Source: Octopus bimaculoides (lineage: Eukaryota). From it: a DNA stretch of 64,000 nucleotides. A program made the position numbers and the translations under genes. The stretch is from contig NC_068987.1 of NCBI RefSeq assembly GCF_001194135.2, positions 73,299,545 to 73,363,544 of the forward strand, given 5' to 3'. Shown piece after piece: positions 63,551 to 64,000 of the stretch (its first letter is position 1; the number at the start of each line of letters is the position of its first letter). The notes under the pieces are model-generated. The model was not told the origin of the DNA. It ran no database searches and saw only the letters and a program-made list of their open reading frames with translations.

Positions 63551-64000
63551 ACTAAAGAGAGAGTGTCATTGCAAGTTGAAANNNNNNNNNNNNNNNNNNN
63601 NNNNNNNNNNNNNNNNNNNNNNNNNNNNNNNNNNNNNNNNNNNNNNNNNNNNNNNNNNNNNNNNNNNNNNNNNNNNNNNNNNNNNNNNNNNNNNNNNNNN
63701 NNNNNNNNNNNNNNNNNNNNNNNNNNNNNNNNNNNNNNNNNNNNNNNNNNNNNNNNNNNNNNNNNNNNNNNNNNNNNNNNNNNNNNNNNNNNNNNNNNNN
63801 NNNNNNNNNNNNNNNNNNNNNNNNNNNNNNNNNNNNNNNNNNNNNNNNNNNNNNNNNNNNNNNNNNNNNNNNNNNNNNNNNNNNNNNNNNNNNNNNNNNN
63901 NNNNNNNNNNNNNNNNNNNNNNNNNNNNNNNNNNNNNNNNNNNNNNNNNNNNNNNNNNNNNNNNNNNNNNNNNNNNNNNNNNNNNNNNNCGAAGGCACGT

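Noticed and set aside
62333-63555. Poly-His/Val/Met/Gly/Ser ORFs
   Set aside because: Translations of trinucleotide microsatellites; the same applies to the YIYI/THTH ORFs and the X-filled ORFs spanning gaps.

Overview
AT-rich, repeat-dense eukaryotic DNA with many assembly gaps. The SINE/LINE families look like those of Octopus (inference from sequence style, not a database hit). One protein-coding gene can be reconstructed in full: COP9 signalosome subunit 3 (COPS3/CSN3), + strand, 15 coding exons from 2776 to 45540, 1293 nt, 430 aa, all introns GT-AG. Its last exon starts 2 nt after an assembly gap. The rest is transposable-element material: tRNA-headed SINEs, RTE/RTEX/BovB-like LINE relics and their 3' tails, several mariner elements (one full length), hAT, piggyBac and Merlin-like MITEs, a solo LTR, 5S-derived sequences and microsatellites. 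The best leads are a Penelope-type minimal hammerhead ribozyme motif with a non-canonical core (29381-29417, - strand), a ~300-nt fold-back just upstream of COPS3 exon 4, a 5S-head plus RTE-tail chimera, an in-frame 24-bp expansion in a LINE RT, and an intact-looking solo LTR promoter nested in a LINE. No new multi-gene system is supported. All calls were made by eye, without searches or folding software, and TE boundaries without a stated TIR/TSD are approximate.
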